From assembly GCA_965140415.1 (NCBI GenBank), contig OZ223209.1, positions 5,408,001-5,472,000 of the forward strand: a stretch of 64,000 bases of DNA, written 5' to 3'. The stretch comes from Myxococcota bacterium (GTDB lineage Bacteria; Myxococcota_A; SURF-8). The notes under the pieces were generated by a model. That model saw nothing but the letters and a program-made list of their open reading frames with translations. It was not told where the DNA came from and did not search any database. Below are positions 30,389-43,122 of the stretch, one piece after another. How positions within the stretch are numbered: the stretch's first letter is position 1; each line of letters opens with the position of its first letter. The position numbers were made by a program, and so were the translations under genes.

Positions 30389-33031
30389 ATGTTCGGGAAC
30401 ATGAAAATAGGGACCAAACTTGTGGCCGTTTTTCTATTGGTAGCGCTGATCGGAGTAGTGATTGGTGTGATCGGCTACACGTCAACGAAAGATGTGGGGG
30501 CGGGAGTTACGGAAATCGCCGATGTACGCCTACCGAGCGTTAGCGCTCTTTGGGAAATGTACGAAGCGCAATCAGCTGTTCTGGCAGGAGAAAGGGCATT
30601 ATTAAGCAGAAGGATGTTTAATGACAGCGAGGTTCGAGAGGCGAATATCCGCTTCATTGAATCTGCTCTGAACCGCGCAGAGGAAGCCTGGCAAAAATAC
30701 GCTCCATTGCCGCAAACGGAGGAAGAGGCTGAAATCTGGGAAAATTTCAAACCTCTTTGGAAAAACTGGAAATTGGAAGACAAGGAATTCCGAGCCTTGG
30801 TTGCTCAGAAAAAAAGTCTGCTGACAACAGGTGTACCTCTGGATGATCCGCAGATGAAAACCCACGATGATCGTCTTTACGCCAAGTCCGTTGATGTTCG
30901 GGCTGCCTTTCTGGAATCTCAGGCTTTACTAAAGGATCTTGTCGAGTTGAATGAGCGGGTTGCCGAGAAGGAGGCCGCTGCGGCTCACCTCACGGCAAGT
31001 TCTGCTCAGTCTCGTCTCATCTGGATCATGGTGATGGGTTTTTTGGTGGCTGCCGTTTTGGGTTATTTCTTCTCCAGTAGGCTCTCTGCACCTATCGTGA
31101 AATTACGCGACCTTGCGCAGGAAGTGGCGGACGGGAATCTGAATGTCAATGTGGACATTGAACGCGGCGACGAACTTGGAAAGCTGGCCGAAGCTTTCGG
31201 TGCCATGATTGAGAATTTACAGGAGTCGGGTACGAAGGTCCAAAGCGCCCTCGAAGACGCCGAACAGAAGGTGGAGAACCTGAATAGTATTCCCACCCCC
31301 ATCATGGCCATCGACACAGATTACAACGTTACGTATATGAATCCCACCGGGGCGAACCTGGTTGGCAAGACGCCGGATACGGTCAAGGGACTCAAATGTT
31401 ACGACCTTTTCAAAACACCTCACTGCCGAACGCCGGAATGCCGTTGCCAGCAGGCCATGCAGAATAACGCTGTGTTCTCCGGCGAAACCGTAGCCGACCC
31501 CAACGGCCTCAACATGCCCATCAAATACACCGGTGCACCGGTGAAAAACCAGAATGGTGAAATTGTCGGCTCACTGGAGTATGTAGTCGATATATCGGAG
31601 CAGAAAAAAGCGATGGATGATGCCTTGATCAAAGTGGGATACCTTGATGCGGTTCCGACGCCGGTCATGGTAATCGATCCTGAATACACGATCCAATACA
31701 TGAATCCTGCCGGAGCTGCTGTCGGTGGACGTAAACCGGAAGATGTTAAAGGCACCAAGTGCTATGATTTCTTCCGCACCGGGCATTGCAATACTTCCGA
31801 ATGTCGCTGCAAACAGGCTATGGCACAGAAAACCACGGTAAGTGGTGAAACCGCGGCCAGTGTCAACGGCAAAGAGATTCCGATAGATTACACTGGCGCA
31901 CCGTTGACGGATGGGAAAGGAAATATCATCGGCGCTCTGGAATATGTTCTGGATATTACCGAACGCAAGACGGTCCTTACAGACATTATCAACGTAGCCC
32001 AATCCATGGCTCGCAACGACCTTACTGCCAAAGCCACCGGTGATTACAAGGGTGATTATCTCGCCATTGCCGAAAACCTCAACAAAGGCATGGAAGCGCA
32101 GCATCAGGCGATGTTACAGGTGGCCGAGGCTGTCGATCAGATTACCGCAGCCGGTGGTCAGATTGCTCAATCGAGTCAGTCGGTGGCGGAAGGAGCAAGT
32201 GAGCAAGCTTCTTCTTTGGAAGAGACATCCTCAAGTCTGGAAGAAATGGCATCTATGACGAAGCAGAATGCCGACAACGCCCAGCAAGCCAATACTATGG
32301 CAAATGAAGCCAGTAGAAACAGCGATGAAGGTGGCAAAGCGATGCAGCAGATGAGCTCATCCATGGTTAAGATCAAAGCCTCCGCGGAGAATACTGCTGC
32401 AATCATTAAAGATATCAACGAAATTGCTTTCCAGACAAACCTGTTGGCTTTGAATGCTGCCGTGGAGGCTGCCCGAGCAGGTGAAGCCGGACGGGGTTTT
32501 GCTGTCGTTGCCGAAGAGGTTCGAAATCTTGCTCTGCGAGCGAAGGAAGCGGCTATGAAGACCGAATCCTTGATCAACGAATCTGTCAGCTTGGCTGAAG
32601 AGGGAGAAAGTGTTTCCGGAGAAGTCAACACCAAACTGCAAGATATTGTCAGCGGCATCAAAAAGGTGTCGGACATTATCGGAGAAATAACCACGGCCAG
32701 CCAGGAACAATCTCGCGGGATTGAGCAGGTGAATAAAGCTGTAGCCGAGATGGACAAAGTCACTCAGCAGAATGCGGCCAACTCTGAAGAATCCTCCAGT
32801 GCGGCAGAGGAGCTTTCAAGTCAGGCTCAAGAATTAAGCGCCATGATTGACAGGTTTACGCTAAACAGAAATGCAACGGCAAGGAGAGTCGCTGATGCAA
32901 AACCGATTACTTTTCAAAGCAACTCAAGAAAAATAGTAAAGCGAGGCAATGGATCGAGCAAAGTTGGCATGCAACTATCACCTGAAGATATAATTCCACT
33001 GGATAGTGATCCGGACTTCAAAGCCTTCTAA
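30389..33031 (+). CDS. Methyl-accepting chemotaxis protein (4HB sensor, HAMP, two Cys/His-rich PAS)
   Basis: Two TM segments, [44 protein letters not shown], and the C-terminal pentapeptide DFKAF. Confidence 0.95.
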   Translation: MFGNMKIGTKLVAVFLLVALIGVVIGVIGYTSTKDVGAGVTEIADVRLPSVSALWEMYEAQSAVLAGERALLSRRMFNDSEVREANIRFIESALNRAEEAWQKYAPLPQTEEEAEIWENFKPLWKNWKLEDKEFRALVAQKKSLLTTGVPLDDPQMKTHDDRLYAKSVDVRAAFLESQALLKDLVELNERVAEKEAAAAHLTASSAQSRLIWIMVMGFLVAAVLGYFFSSRLSAPIVKLRDLAQEVADGNLNVNVDIERGDELGKLAEAFGAMIENLQESGTKVQSALEDAEQKVENLNSIPTPIMAIDTDYNVTYMNPTGANLVGKTPDTVKGLKCYDLFKTPHCRTPECRCQQAMQNNAVFSGETVADPNGLNMPIKYTGAPVKNQNGEIVGSLEYVVDISEQKKAMDDALIKVGYLDAVPTPVMVIDPEYTIQYMNPAGAAVGGRKPEDVKGTKCYDFFRTGHCNTSECRCKQAMAQKTTVSGETAASVNGKEIPIDYTGAPLTDGKGNIIGALEYVLDITERKTVLTDIINVAQSMARNDLTAKATGDYKGDYLAIAENLNKGMEAQHQAMLQVAEAVDQITAAGGQIAQSSQSVAEGASEQASSLEETSSSLEEMASMTKQNADNAQQANTMANEASRNSDEGGKAMQQMSSSMVKIKASAENTAAIIKDINEIAFQTNLLALNAAVEAARAGEAGRGFAVVAEEVRNLALRAKEAAMKTESLINESVSLAEEGESVSGEVNTKLQDIVSGIKKVSDIIGEITTASQEQSRGIEQVNKAVAEMDKVTQQNAANSEESSSAAEELSSQAQELSAMIDRFTLNRNATARRVADAKPITFQSNSRKIVKRGNGSSKVGMQLSPEDIIPLDSDPDFKAF

Positions 33032-33052
33032 ACCATTGCATCTTATCGCATC

Positions 33053-33086
33053 TCAGGGTGGTGGGTATTGAAACCTACCACCCTGA
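33053..33086. other. Strong intergenic hairpin without U-tract
   Basis: TCAGGGTGGTGGGT-ATTGAA-ACCTACCACCCTGA. Confidence 0.6.
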
Positions 33087-33115
33087 ATGTTGTGCTCTGC
33101 TTGGATGAAATTGAA

Positions 33116-34147
33116 ATGACGAAAGCAAACTGCAAGCAATGTGGTGAATGTTGCCATTACGAAATTCCCATTACGCTTTTCGATATTCATCGACTGGCCA
33201 AAGTGCTAAAGTGTGACGGTCGAACTATACTGAAGAACTACATCCAGAGCGACATTTCACCCATTTCCGGACTTTTTAAAATACAAAAAAGAGATGATCG
33301 CACCTGCATTTTCCTGAATGACCGGAAGCGTTGCGATGTACATGCTGCCAAACCGCTTGTTTGCGAACAATTTAACTGTGAAAAAGCAAAACAACAGGCA
33401 TCCTTGCCATGGACGGCAACCTGCGATGACGATTTATCACGCATTCATGTCTGGCGACAATCCATTGCCGTTGCCATTACTCGGGCATATATAGAGCGTA
33501 ATGGATCAAGCTGGAATGAAAAAGCTTTTCAACTTGCCATTTCCACGATAGAGAAGCAAAGCGGTTGTGACGGGCATTGCAAAGTCAAACTTTCACAGGA
33601 CTCTGAGGGTCACCCTTTGGCAATGGTTTATTCTTGTGATGAATGTCAAAAAAGAACAGAAGCTTCAAATGAAACCCCCATTACCTTGGATGATATCGAA
33701 TCAATGCGGAAGTCGCTCGCAATTTCTCCTGAGAAGTTTTTCAGATTGTACATAGATAAACAAGTTGCGATTGAAAGCGGCGTTTTACGTCTAAAACGCA
33801 ACAAGCATTGTGTCTTGCTTGGAGCGAACATGAAATGCATGGTTGAGCAGTCTCGCCCGATGCACTGCCGTTTCACACCATGCCCGATGAGGGCAGAACA
33901 ATCTGAAATGATGGACCGATTCTATCTTGGTTCGGGGACCCTGAACGAGCAGTTTCGACACCAGATTGCGCTGGAGCAAACCAGAAAATACATATCACGA
34001 AATGGCGTAGGTTATGATCGATTAGAATATCATTTATTCCTGTCCCATATCATGCAGTGTTCAAGGGACAAGAATCTGTTTCAACAGTTCTGTCAATGGA
34101 TTGCACCCTATCGATACCTGGAAGACACTCGCTCGGTGGTGTTGTGA
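33116..34147 (+). CDS. YkgJ/CxxCxxCC cysteine-cluster protein with a duplicated domain
   Basis: CKQCGECC..CIFL..CDVHAAKPLVC, and a second copy CDEC..CVLL..CMVEQSRPMHCRFTP. Confidence 0.8.
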   Translation: MTKANCKQCGECCHYEIPITLFDIHRLAKVLKCDGRTILKNYIQSDISPISGLFKIQKRDDRTCIFLNDRKRCDVHAAKPLVCEQFNCEKAKQQASLPWTATCDDDLSRIHVWRQSIAVAITRAYIERNGSSWNEKAFQLAISTIEKQSGCDGHCKVKLSQDSEGHPLAMVYSCDECQKRTEASNETPITLDDIESMRKSLAISPEKFFRLYIDKQVAIESGVLRLKRNKHCVLLGANMKCMVEQSRPMHCRFTPCPMRAEQSEMMDRFYLGSGTLNEQFRHQIALEQTRKYISRNGVGYDRLEYHLFLSHIMQCSRDKNLFQQFCQWIAPYRYLEDTRSVVL

Positions 34148-34719
34148 CTTTGAATATTGTGATTATCAGTAGTAGCCATGTTCTTTGGCAAACCTGACTT
34201 CAGGATTGTTTACGTCCTGTTGACAACGAATGCCGGAAACTACGAGGCAGAACTTTTCAAGATACCGTAGTGTCCAGATATTGAGGGATATGATACAGTT
34301 GACGGAACCGGTCAAGGCCGCATTCGATATGTCTGACTCAGCGAGCATGCTGGCAACACGCCGCCTGAAGACGATATCTTCACCGAGCTGTAACTCGTCG
34401 GCCTGAATCCAGATCAGGCAGCGGAGTTGCTTGACGCCGTCGAAGACTGACAGGGCGACCTGGACGAGTTCTGGGTCATCTTGGACTGCGTCCTCGGCGG
34501 CGATGGTCGGGCGGTGGACCCGTGGTCAGTGCTGCAAGTGCTGGGGAGAAATAGCTGACCCTGACCCCATTATCTGATCATCAATAAGAAGGAGTTTCAT
34601 CTCTTTCTTTATTTGCGAATCCTTTTCCTTGTCCCTTAATCTAACATCGTTGTAAACTGAATTCTCGCAGTAGGGGAAAGTTATTCGCTGTATTTTCTGG
34701 GCAGTATGGCATCAAGGCG

Positions 34720-37700
34720 ATGGGGGATACCGTGTCCGATCTGCAGAAAACTAAAGCACAGCTTATTGAGGAGCTTGAGGTTGCTCGACAGCAAATCAAG
34801 CAGTTCAGGATCGAAGCCCGCCAACGTGAAGCGGAAATCTCAAAGACCGGAAAAATCGGTCTGTGGGATTGGGATCTGAAGACGAACAAGGTCGATTTCT
34901 CTGATGAATGGAAACGCCAGATTGGCTATGAGCCGAGCGAAATTGGAAATGATTTCAGAGAATTTGAGAGCCGAGTCCATCCTGATGACATCGAGCCAAT
35001 CATGGGACATGTCCGAGATTGTATCGATGAAATGCGTCAAGACTTTCAAGTCGAGTTCAGATTCCGACACAAGGACGGATCCTATCGATGGATTCTGGAT
35101 CAAGCATCTACCATTTCGAATGAAAGCGGTGCGGCAGTTGGCTTGCGTGGTTCACATATCGACATCACAGAAAGAAAACGCATTGAGTCCGAACTATTCA
35201 CCCAAAACGAATTATCGAAAAATATCGCCAATACCAGCCCGATTGGGATCACCGTCGTCGACATAGATGGCCAAATCAATTACGCCAATCCAACAGCGGA
35301 ATCTATTCTGAAGCTCGAAACTTCCGAACTACTTGATAGAACGTACAACGACCCACACTGGAAAATCTTCAATTTGGATGGAGGTCCCTTCCCAGACGAT
35401 CAACTGCCTTTTGTCCGCGTAATGAAAACCGGGGAACCGGTATTCGATGTCCAGCACGGGATTGAAACACCCGATGGGCAACGCATTCTTCTTTCAATCA
35501 ATGCCGCGCCGCTAAAGGACCCCACCGGCAAAATCTCCGGTATGGTTGCCGTGATGTCGGATATTACCGAGCGAATAAGGATGGAGGAAAGCCTTCGTTC
35601 AAGCGAAGAAAAATACCGTCTATTTACGGAGTCAACCAACGATTGGGTTTGGCAGGTAGACGCTCGCGGAGCCTATACGTATGTAAGCCCCAGTATTGAA
35701 TCTCTTATAGGTTATAGCCCTCAAGAAGTCATTGGGAAGACCCCCTTCGATTTCATGGCTTCCGAGGAAGCCCGGCGGGTGGGAGCCATTTTTCAGCAGA
35801 TCGCATCGAAGCAAGAGCGAATCACCGATCTGGAAGACACATTGATCTCGAAAGACGGTCAAGAGGTAGTTTTCGAAACCAATGCCGTACCGGTGTTCGA
35901 TGAAGCAGGTACCTACTCAGGATACTTTGGTACTTGCAGCAATATTACAGAGCGGAAGCGTGTTGAAGAAGCGCGAAAACAAAGCGAGCTGCGTTTCAAG
36001 CTAGCCTTCGATCAATCTTTCCAATTCAACATGCTTATCGACCCGAATGGTATGGTCGCTGATGCCAACGAGCTGTGTTTTGAAGTCACACAAACGCCTC
36101 GATCTCAGGTAATCGGCAAAGAATTTGCTCTGGCTCCCTGGTGGGATTTCGATTCAGGGGCCGAGGAGACTTCCAGGGAATCAGTTGAGCGTGCCTTAAA
36201 GGGAGAAACCGTAAGCGACGAAGTCGGCTTTTTCGATTTTAACAATAATTTGAGACATGGTAGGCGAATATATAAGCCGATTTTCGATGAGAACGGCAAG
36301 GTTATCTATGTCAACGTAAACGGGCAAGACACAACAGACCAAAGAAAAGCAGAGCAAAGTCTTGCGGAACGAGAACGTAGCTTCCATGGCTTATTTAATA
36401 CGATTGCAAGCTGTGTGGCCGTATACGAACCGATTGAAAATGGCCGGGACTTTGTCTTTGTCGACATCAATCCGGCGGGTGAAAAGCACAGCAAGGTTGT
36501 CCGGGATGAGATTATCGGCAAAAGGGTCACGGAGGTTTTTCCTGGAATCAAGGATATCAGCTTATTCGAGATATTCCAGGAGGTTTATCGCACCGGTAAA
36601 ACCCGGCATCTGCCGCTAAGAACTTACAAAGACAATCGCATCCGTGAGTGGGTCGAGAATACGGTATATCGACTTCCCAACGGACAGATCGTGGCTGTGT
36701 ATGAGGACACAAGCGAGCAGAGACTAGCCGAGGAAGCACTTCAAGAAAGCGAAAAACGGCTGATAGCTTCTCAATACATCGCCAGAATGGGTGATGTCAT
36801 GTGGGAGGTGGAAACCGGAAAGGTTTCCTGGTCTCCTGGAATGCAAACTCTGATGGGATATAGCGAAGGTGAAATACTCGACTATGCGAAAGTGAATGCC
36901 GAGGTTCATCATCCTGACGACCTGGAGCGTATTCAGGTCTGGCTTGAAGAAAATGTTGCTTCCGGCAAAAACAGGCTCACACCCAATGAATATCGGATTG
37001 TTCGGAAAGATGGTGTGGTTATCCACGTACATGTAGAAGGGACGATTGCACGTGAAGAGGGTCAGCCAACCCGGATACTGGCAACGGTACAAGATATTTC
37101 CGAACGGATTAAGGCTGAAAAGCTCATTCAGGAATATCAAAGAGAACTCGAACTTACCGTTGACGCGACAACTGACGGTATATGGAAGTGGAATTTCATC
37201 ACCAACGAACTCTCCTTCAGTCCCAAATATTACACGATGCTCGGTTACGAACCGGATGAGTTTCCTTCCGATTTTGAAAACTGGAAAGCGCTGATCCACC
37301 CAGACGATCTGGATCGCGCCCTTTCAGCGGCTTCCGAATACCTGGAAACAAAACCCGATACCTACGAAAACGAATTCCGCCTGCGGACAAAGAGCGGCGA
37401 GTATCGTTGGATACGGGCCAGCGCTCGCGTTGTTGAACGCACTCCGGAAGGCGAGGCCGTGCGCATGATAGGCAACCATCAGGATATCACCGACCATATA
37501 AAGTCCGAGGAACGCAACCGGTCTCTGGCAGAAATGGTTGACTTCGCTCCGAATTCCATCACGATACATGATTCCGAAGGAAACTTTGTTTACGCCAACC
37601 GAAGGACGTTTGAGCTTCACGGCTACACACCAGAAGCGTTTTTCAATCTCAAATTGCAACAATTGGACGTGCCGGAAAGTGCGGAAAAGATTGAAGCCCG

Positions 37701-40700
37701 TATTCGTGAGGCTCAGGAAATAGGAGAAGCCACCTTCGAAGTGGGCCACTACCGGAGAGACGGCAGCATTGTTCCATTGGAAGTTTCAATCAAGCCGATT
37801 GAATGGCAAGGGAAACAGGGGGTTCTCAGCATCGCCCGCGATATCACCGAGCGCAAACAGGCTGAAGATGAACTCCGAAAGAGCGAAGCACGCCATCGAG
37901 ATCTGGCCAGAAAGTACGAATTGTTGCTTCAACAGTCTCGCTCCGTCATTCAGACTACGATGGACGGCTTCTGGTTGATGGATGCGGAGGGAGGTTGCCT
38001 TGAAGTCAATCAGGCCTTCGCTGATATGCTGGGCTATTCAAAAATAGAATTGCTGAGTATGAATGTTTCCGACATCGATATCGATGAAGATCCCGAAGAT
38101 ATGGCGCGACATGCCGAAGAGATCAAGAAAGCCGGGTCGTCCCGGTTCGAAGCGCGTCACAGGCGGAAAGATGGTCGTATCATTGATGTTGAAATCTCCA
38201 CTACGTATCTTCCAGACCAGCAGAAGTTCACGGTTTTTGCCAGAGATATTACCGAAAGAAAACGTAAAGACCTTGAACTGAAAGAGACCAACGAGCGCCT
38301 TCAGGCTTTTCTCGACAATGCTGCAGACGCCATCTACATCAGTGATAAAAAGGGAACTATCATCCAGGTCAATGCTCAAGCCAGTCGAGACAGCGGCTAC
38401 AGCCGGGATGAATTGCTCTCCATGAACATTACGGATATCGATGCCGAGACGGTGTCGAAAGACGCGCTTGATGCCATCTTCCGAGAGTTGTTTGAAACCC
38501 GTAGAATGAGCCACGACTCAAATCATAAGCGTAAAGATGGCACGACATACCCGGTGGAGATCACCATCTCCGTGCTTGACACACATGAAGGCGAGCGAGT
38601 AATCGGCATTGCGCGAGATATGACGGAGCGTCGCCGGTTCGAACAGAAACTGAAAGTAGCGTATCAAAGAATTTCATTAGCGAAAGAATCGGCAAAACTC
38701 GGTATTTGGGATCTTGATTTGATTGAAAACCACCTCGAATGGGACGAGCGTATGTTCGAGTTGTACGGTCTCCTTCCTAGTGGTTTTGGCGGTGCCTACG
38801 AAGCATGGCTACAAGGAGTTCATCCTGATGATGTGGAGCGGGCAAGTCGAGAGGTGGAAGACGCCATTCGAACGGGTGAAAATTTCGAATCTGAATTCCG
38901 GGTAGTCTGGCCTGATGAGACGGTAAAATATATAAAAGCCTATGCAGCGGTTGTCAAAGAGGAGAAAGGTCAGTCCGTTCGCATGATCGGTGTCAACTTC
39001 GACATCACGGATCAGAAACTCAGTCAAAAAGCGATAGTGGAAAGTGAAAAGAAATATCGTTTGCTGGCCGACAACATCTCCGATGTCATATGGATTCGTG
39101 ATTTGGACCTGAATCTCACCTACATCAGCCCTTCCATCAAGAAGCAAAGCGGGTTTTCCGTAGAAGAAAAACTGAACCAGCCATTGCAGGAAAGCATGAC
39201 GCCGGAATCCGTCGCGCTTTCATTGGACAGACTTCAGCAATACTTAGAATCAGAACGGGCGGGGGAGCTTGATCCATCAACCGCCATAACCATCGAACTT
39301 GACATCTATCGTTCCGATGGCACCACCTATCCGGTAGAGTCAACGGTTTCTTTCCTGCGCGATGATCAAGGGGAGGCAATCGGTATCATTGGGGTAAATC
39401 GCGAGATCACGGATCGTAAAGAGGCGGAAAATGCCCTACAAGAGAGCGAAGAGCGTTTTCGATCCCTCCACAATGCTTCATTCGGTGGTATTGCCATTCA
39501 CGACAAGGGGAGGATTCTTGAATGTAATCAGGGTATGTCGGAGATGACCGGATACTCCCTGGATGAATTGATCGGCATGGATGGCCTGTTGCTTATTGCC
39601 GAATCGAAGCGGGAATTGGTGATGGAAAAGATCATGACCGGGTATGAAAAACCATATGAAGCTATTGGTTTAAGGAAGAATGGCGAAGAGTATCCTTTAA
39701 GACTTGAAGCCAGAAATATTCCATACAGAGGAAAACAGGTCAGGACTGTCGAATTCAGGGATATCACCGATAGCAGGCAGGCTGAAGAGGCGCTTAGAGC
39801 CAGCGAGGAAAGATTGGCATACGCCCTCACAGCCACTGCTGATGGGCTGTGGGACTGGAATATCGTGACAGGGGAAGTATACTTCAGTCCGCGCTATTTC
39901 ACGATGTTGGGTTACGAACCCGGAGAATTGCCGTCTACGTTCGATACATGGCAAAGCCTGTTGAACCCGGATGATGCAGATAATGCTCAATCGGTCGTCC
40001 AGCAGCATATTGAGAGCCAGAGAGAGTCGTTTGGTGTTGAGTTTCGCCTGAAGACGAAGAACGGGGAATGGAAATGGATTCTTGGTCGCGGAAAAGTCGT
40101 CGAACGAGATAAGGAAGATAAACCCATTCGAATGGTTGGCACGCATACCGACATCTCTGAATTGAAACTCGCCGAGCAATCACTCAAATCCAACCTCGAA
40201 GAGCAAAGCGCCATCCTGGAAAGCAGCATGGTGGGCATCATGGTGCTGCACAACCGGATCATTACGAAAGTCAATTCACGTATGGCGGAGATGCTGGGAT
40301 ATTCGGTGGAGGAAATGGAGGGCAAAGGACCGGAACAACTCCATCTTTCCAAAAAGCACTTCGAAGAATTCGGGGAGAAGTACTATTGGCGACTCGGTGA
40401 AACCAACATCGTCCAGGTGGAATATCCCTTGCGTCATAAGGATGGCCACACCGTATGGTGTCAGTTCAATGGTCGCGCCATTGCCCCGCCGGACCTTAGT
40501 CTTGGGGCTGTCTGGATTATTGATGATATTACGGAACGGAAAGCGGCGGAGGAAGAGAAATCAAGGCTACAGGAGCAACTTCAGCAATCCCAGAAAATGG
40601 AATCGGTCGGACGTCTTGCCGGTGGTGTGGCCCACGATTTCAACAACCTGCTCACCGGCATCACCGGCAACGTATCACTGGCCATGATGGATCTTTCACC

Positions 40701-41715
40701 AGGTGACCCACTGCTGGAATCACTAGGGGAAATTGGTCAAGCTGCGGACAGCGCGGCAAGCCTGACGCGCCAACTTCTGGCCTTCAGCCGCAAACAGATC
40801 ATCAAGCCGAAGGTGCTGGATCTTAATCAGTTGATCGATAACATGCAAAAGATGCTACGGCGCTTGATCGGTGAAGATCTGGAACTTTCGACCATTCCGA
40901 CAAGGGATTTGGGACGCATCAAAGCCGATCCCGGTCAACTTGAACAGATCCTGGTGAATCTGGCCGTCAATGCGCGAGATGCCATGCCGAATGGTGGCAA
41001 GCTCACCATCGAAACCGCCAATGTCACATACAAGGACGTAAAGTGCGAATTATGCTCCGAGATTCGCAAAGGCGAATACGTATTGCTGACCATCTCCGAT
41101 AATGGAGTAGGGATGGATGAAGACATCCGAAAGAAGATGTTCGATCCTTTCTTTACGACAAAGAAAGAAGGAGAAGGCACAGGTTTAGGATTGGCGATGG
41201 TATATGGTATCGTCCTGCAACATGAGGGTCATATCGAAGTCCAATCTAAACCGGGTGAAGGCACCACATTCCACATTTCTTTCCCGACTGTCATGGAAGA
41301 AGCTGAAACGCTTACCCGAAAAACAACGATGGATGATCTTCCAAGTGGGAGCGAAACTGTCCTTCTGGTGGAAGACGAGCGTATGGTGCGCAACATCGCC
41401 ACCAAGATTCTTGTAAGGCAAGGCTATAAAGTCCATAGTTCGGATTCCGGTCCGATGGCTTTAAGCAAGGTCAAGAAGGAGAATCTGGAAATTGACCTGC
41501 TCGTAACCGACATCGTCATGCCCGGCATGAACGGGCGTGAATTGGCCGAAGAACTCCAGTCGATCATACCGAACCTGAAGGTTCTTTACACATCCGGATA
41601 TACAGAGGACGTTATCGCCCATCATGGTGTGTTGGACGAAGGTCTAAGCTTCATCGGCAAACCTTATACGCCACAAGATCTGGCCAAGATGGTGCGGAAG
41701 GTGCTGGATGGGTGA
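34720..41715 (+). CDS. Giant cytoplasmic hybrid histidine kinase (about 15 PAS/PAC, HisKA, HATPase, REC)
   Basis: 15 DIT(E/D)-like PAC ends counted; [29 protein letters not shown]; no TM segment seen. Confidence 0.95.
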   Translation: MGDTVSDLQKTKAQLIEELEVARQQIKQFRIEARQREAEISKTGKIGLWDWDLKTNKVDFSDEWKRQIGYEPSEIGNDFREFESRVHPDDIEPIMGHVRDCIDEMRQDFQVEFRFRHKDGSYRWILDQASTISNESGAAVGLRGSHIDITERKRIESELFTQNELSKNIANTSPIGITVVDIDGQINYANPTAESILKLETSELLDRTYNDPHWKIFNLDGGPFPDDQLPFVRVMKTGEPVFDVQHGIETPDGQRILLSINAAPLKDPTGKISGMVAVMSDITERIRMEESLRSSEEKYRLFTESTNDWVWQVDARGAYTYVSPSIESLIGYSPQEVIGKTPFDFMASEEARRVGAIFQQIASKQERITDLEDTLISKDGQEVVFETNAVPVFDEAGTYSGYFGTCSNITERKRVEEARKQSELRFKLAFDQSFQFNMLIDPNGMVADANELCFEVTQTPRSQVIGKEFALAPWWDFDSGAEETSRESVERALKGETVSDEVGFFDFNNNLRHGRRIYKPIFDENGKVIYVNVNGQDTTDQRKAEQSLAERERSFHGLFNTIASCVAVYEPIENGRDFVFVDINPAGEKHSKVVRDEIIGKRVTEVFPGIKDISLFEIFQEVYRTGKTRHLPLRTYKDNRIREWVENTVYRLPNGQIVAVYEDTSEQRLAEEALQESEKRLIASQYIARMGDVMWEVETGKVSWSPGMQTLMGYSEGEILDYAKVNAEVHHPDDLERIQVWLEENVASGKNRLTPNEYRIVRKDGVVIHVHVEGTIAREEGQPTRILATVQDISERIKAEKLIQEYQRELELTVDATTDGIWKWNFITNELSFSPKYYTMLGYEPDEFPSDFENWKALIHPDDLDRALSAASEYLETKPDTYENEFRLRTKSGEYRWIRASARVVERTPEGEAVRMIGNHQDITDHIKSEERNRSLAEMVDFAPNSITIHDSEGNFVYANRRTFELHGYTPEAFFNLKLQQLDVPESAEKIEARIREAQEIGEATFEVGHYRRDGSIVPLEVSIKPIEWQGKQGVLSIARDITERKQAEDELRKSEARHRDLARKYELLLQQSRSVIQTTMDGFWLMDAEGGCLEVNQAFADMLGYSKIELLSMNVSDIDIDEDPEDMARHAEEIKKAGSSRFEARHRRKDGRIIDVEISTTYLPDQQKFTVFARDITERKRKDLELKETNERLQAFLDNAADAIYISDKKGTIIQVNAQASRDSGYSRDELLSMNITDIDAETVSKDALDAIFRELFETRRMSHDSNHKRKDGTTYPVEITISVLDTHEGERVIGIARDMTERRRFEQKLKVAYQRISLAKESAKLGIWDLDLIENHLEWDERMFELYGLLPSGFGGAYEAWLQGVHPDDVERASREVEDAIRTGENFESEFRVVWPDETVKYIKAYAAVVKEEKGQSVRMIGVNFDITDQKLSQKAIVESEKKYRLLADNISDVIWIRDLDLNLTYISPSIKKQSGFSVEEKLNQPLQESMTPESVALSLDRLQQYLESERAGELDPSTAITIELDIYRSDGTTYPVESTVSFLRDDQGEAIGIIGVNREITDRKEAENALQESEERFRSLHNASFGGIAIHDKGRILECNQGMSEMTGYSLDELIGMDGLLLIAESKRELVMEKIMTGYEKPYEAIGLRKNGEEYPLRLEARNIPYRGKQVRTVEFRDITDSRQAEEALRASEERLAYALTATADGLWDWNIVTGEVYFSPRYFTMLGYEPGELPSTFDTWQSLLNPDDADNAQSVVQQHIESQRESFGVEFRLKTKNGEWKWILGRGKVVERDKEDKPIRMVGTHTDISELKLAEQSLKSNLEEQSAILESSMVGIMVLHNRIITKVNSRMAEMLGYSVEEMEGKGPEQLHLSKKHFEEFGEKYYWRLGETNIVQVEYPLRHKDGHTVWCQFNGRAIAPPDLSLGAVWIIDDITERKAAEEEKSRLQEQLQQSQKMESVGRLAGGVAHDFNNLLTGITGNVSLAMMDLSPGDPLLESLGEIGQAADSAASLTRQLLAFSRKQIIKPKVLDLNQLIDNMQKMLRRLIGEDLELSTIPTRDLGRIKADPGQLEQILVNLAVNARDAMPNGGKLTIETANVTYKDVKCELCSEIRKGEYVLLTISDNGVGMDEDIRKKMFDPFFTTKKEGEGTGLGLAMVYGIVLQHEGHIEVQSKPGEGTTFHISFPTVMEEAETLTRKTTMDDLPSGSETVLLVEDERMVRNIATKILVRQGYKVHSSDSGPMALSKVKKENLEIDLLVTDIVMPGMNGRELAEELQSIIPNLKVLYTSGYTEDVIAHHGVLDEGLSFIGKPYTPQDLAKMVRKVLDG

Positions 41716-41925
41716 GGAACAAGGTCTCAATTAGCCGCAATTCCAACCGAAAATTGGTCATAAGAAAAAGACACCCGTTCGATGTGCGTTCGATGACTTT
41801 GCACCAATTCATGGAATTTGGCGGGACGAAATGGGATCAGACGGAATTGATAAAATTAATGATTTCAGGTGATTAACGGCCAAGTCGCCCGAAATATTGA
41901 TGTTTCAGGGATTCGATTTGTAATT

Positions 41926-41948
41926 TTCGAATCCCTCCTCCTCCGCCA
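41926..41948 (+). other. 23-bp copy of the tRNA-Ser 3' end (att-like core), inverted relative to the tRNA
   Basis: TTCGAATCCCTCCTCCTCCGCCA is the exact reverse complement of 42817-42839. Confidence 0.9.
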
Positions 41949-42047
41949 GTTTTCCTTAATAATTCCAGCTAGTTTAACAAAGAACCTGTCGTTTGTGCCG
42001 CTATTGTGCCGTAAGATTGCAGTAGTCTTACGGCGTCCCGCTTGGCG

Positions 42048-42362
42048 TCAGGACTCAAATGGGCATAGCCTCACTTCAAGATGTAATAGAACATCAAGTC
42101 GCTTCCCTCCCAATTTATACGCCACTTCTTTTCCTGTCAGATCCCTTTCTTGCATGTCGATTCCTTGAAGAGTTTTGTTGCATGCAGGACATTGACATGG
42201 AAGTGAAGTCTCAAATGCGCATCCGCAGTAGCCACAGAAAATGTCTAAAGTGAGAGAGCCAGAAGGAATCTCCAGAGTAAGTTCTGAACCGCAGCCAGGG
42301 CAAGGTCCAGGTACTTCATTACTGTTGATATCCGTTCCACAAAAAATGCAAGGACCAGACAT
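42048..42362 (-). CDS. Small zinc-ribbon-like protein (4 CxxC)
   Basis: CIFC, CPGC, CGYC and CPAC; strong SD AAGGAGG. Confidence 0.7.
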   Translation of the reverse strand: MSGPCIFCGTDINSNEVPGPCPGCGSELTLEIPSGSLTLDIFCGYCGCAFETSLPCQCPACNKTLQGIDMQERDLTGKEVAYKLGGKRLDVLLHLEVRLCPFES

Positions 42363-42417
42363 TTCTCCCTCCTTCGAGTTGGCTATTCGCGTTATTGGCG
42401 AGTAGCTCCGTAAATAA

Positions 42418-42618
42418 TCAGTCTGTTCGTTTTTCAGTTGTGTTGTCTACTGGATTGAGGCGTGAAACGGAAGCCTCTTTCAATGAAGACAATTGAACCC
42501 CAGGAATCACTTGGCCGCACTCCTGGCAAACCAAGGTTCCTATGTCATCACCGCATCCAACGCAGCCCATCCACTGGGCCGTTTTTCCGCAATTTGGACA
42601 TTCGACCGGATGTTGCAT
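42418..42618 (-). CDS. Small zinc-ribbon-like protein (3 CxxC)
   Basis: CPNC, CVGC and CQEC; SD AAGGAG. Confidence 0.65.
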   Translation of the reverse strand: MQHPVECPNCGKTAQWMGCVGCGDDIGTLVCQECGQVIPGVQLSSLKEASVSRLNPVDNTTEKRTD

Positions 42619-42816
42619 GCTTCTCTCCTTCCAGCATCTCGTGCTGCCCTCGTGCTGTAACTTGGCTCTACGGCCCGGAATCAGGCGGAATCAGATGGGA
42701 TGAAGCCTTTTTGGGATGTTTCAGTCGTCTGAAATAGAAGTACGGCCAAGGTCGTGTAATGGTTAAAGAATTCCAGACGACTTCAGCCTAGAAGAATGAA
42801 TCTGAAGGAAAAAGTA

Positions 42817-42904
<88 letters not shown>

Positions 42905-43122
42905 AGGTTGGGTCAACCGACCGAAACGTAAAATGAAACGTCCGATGTGTCAAGAACTATCGTGCTCAATCTCGACTTGTCGGAAAACGAACAAGTATCA
43001 CGCTGCCTGATATGGGCTCACCCTGCTATAAACGACATATTACCAATACAGGCAGTTTCTGCATTGTAGGTCCAATGCTGGTGCTTTCTTCCCGAATTGC
43101 AAACCGGGTGAACTGTACTTTG

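Noticed and set aside
34166-34560. Possible recoded gene (protein-like frame with TAA and TGA stops)
   Set aside because: Two different stop codons, no SECIS and no recognisable family; most likely a decayed fragment.
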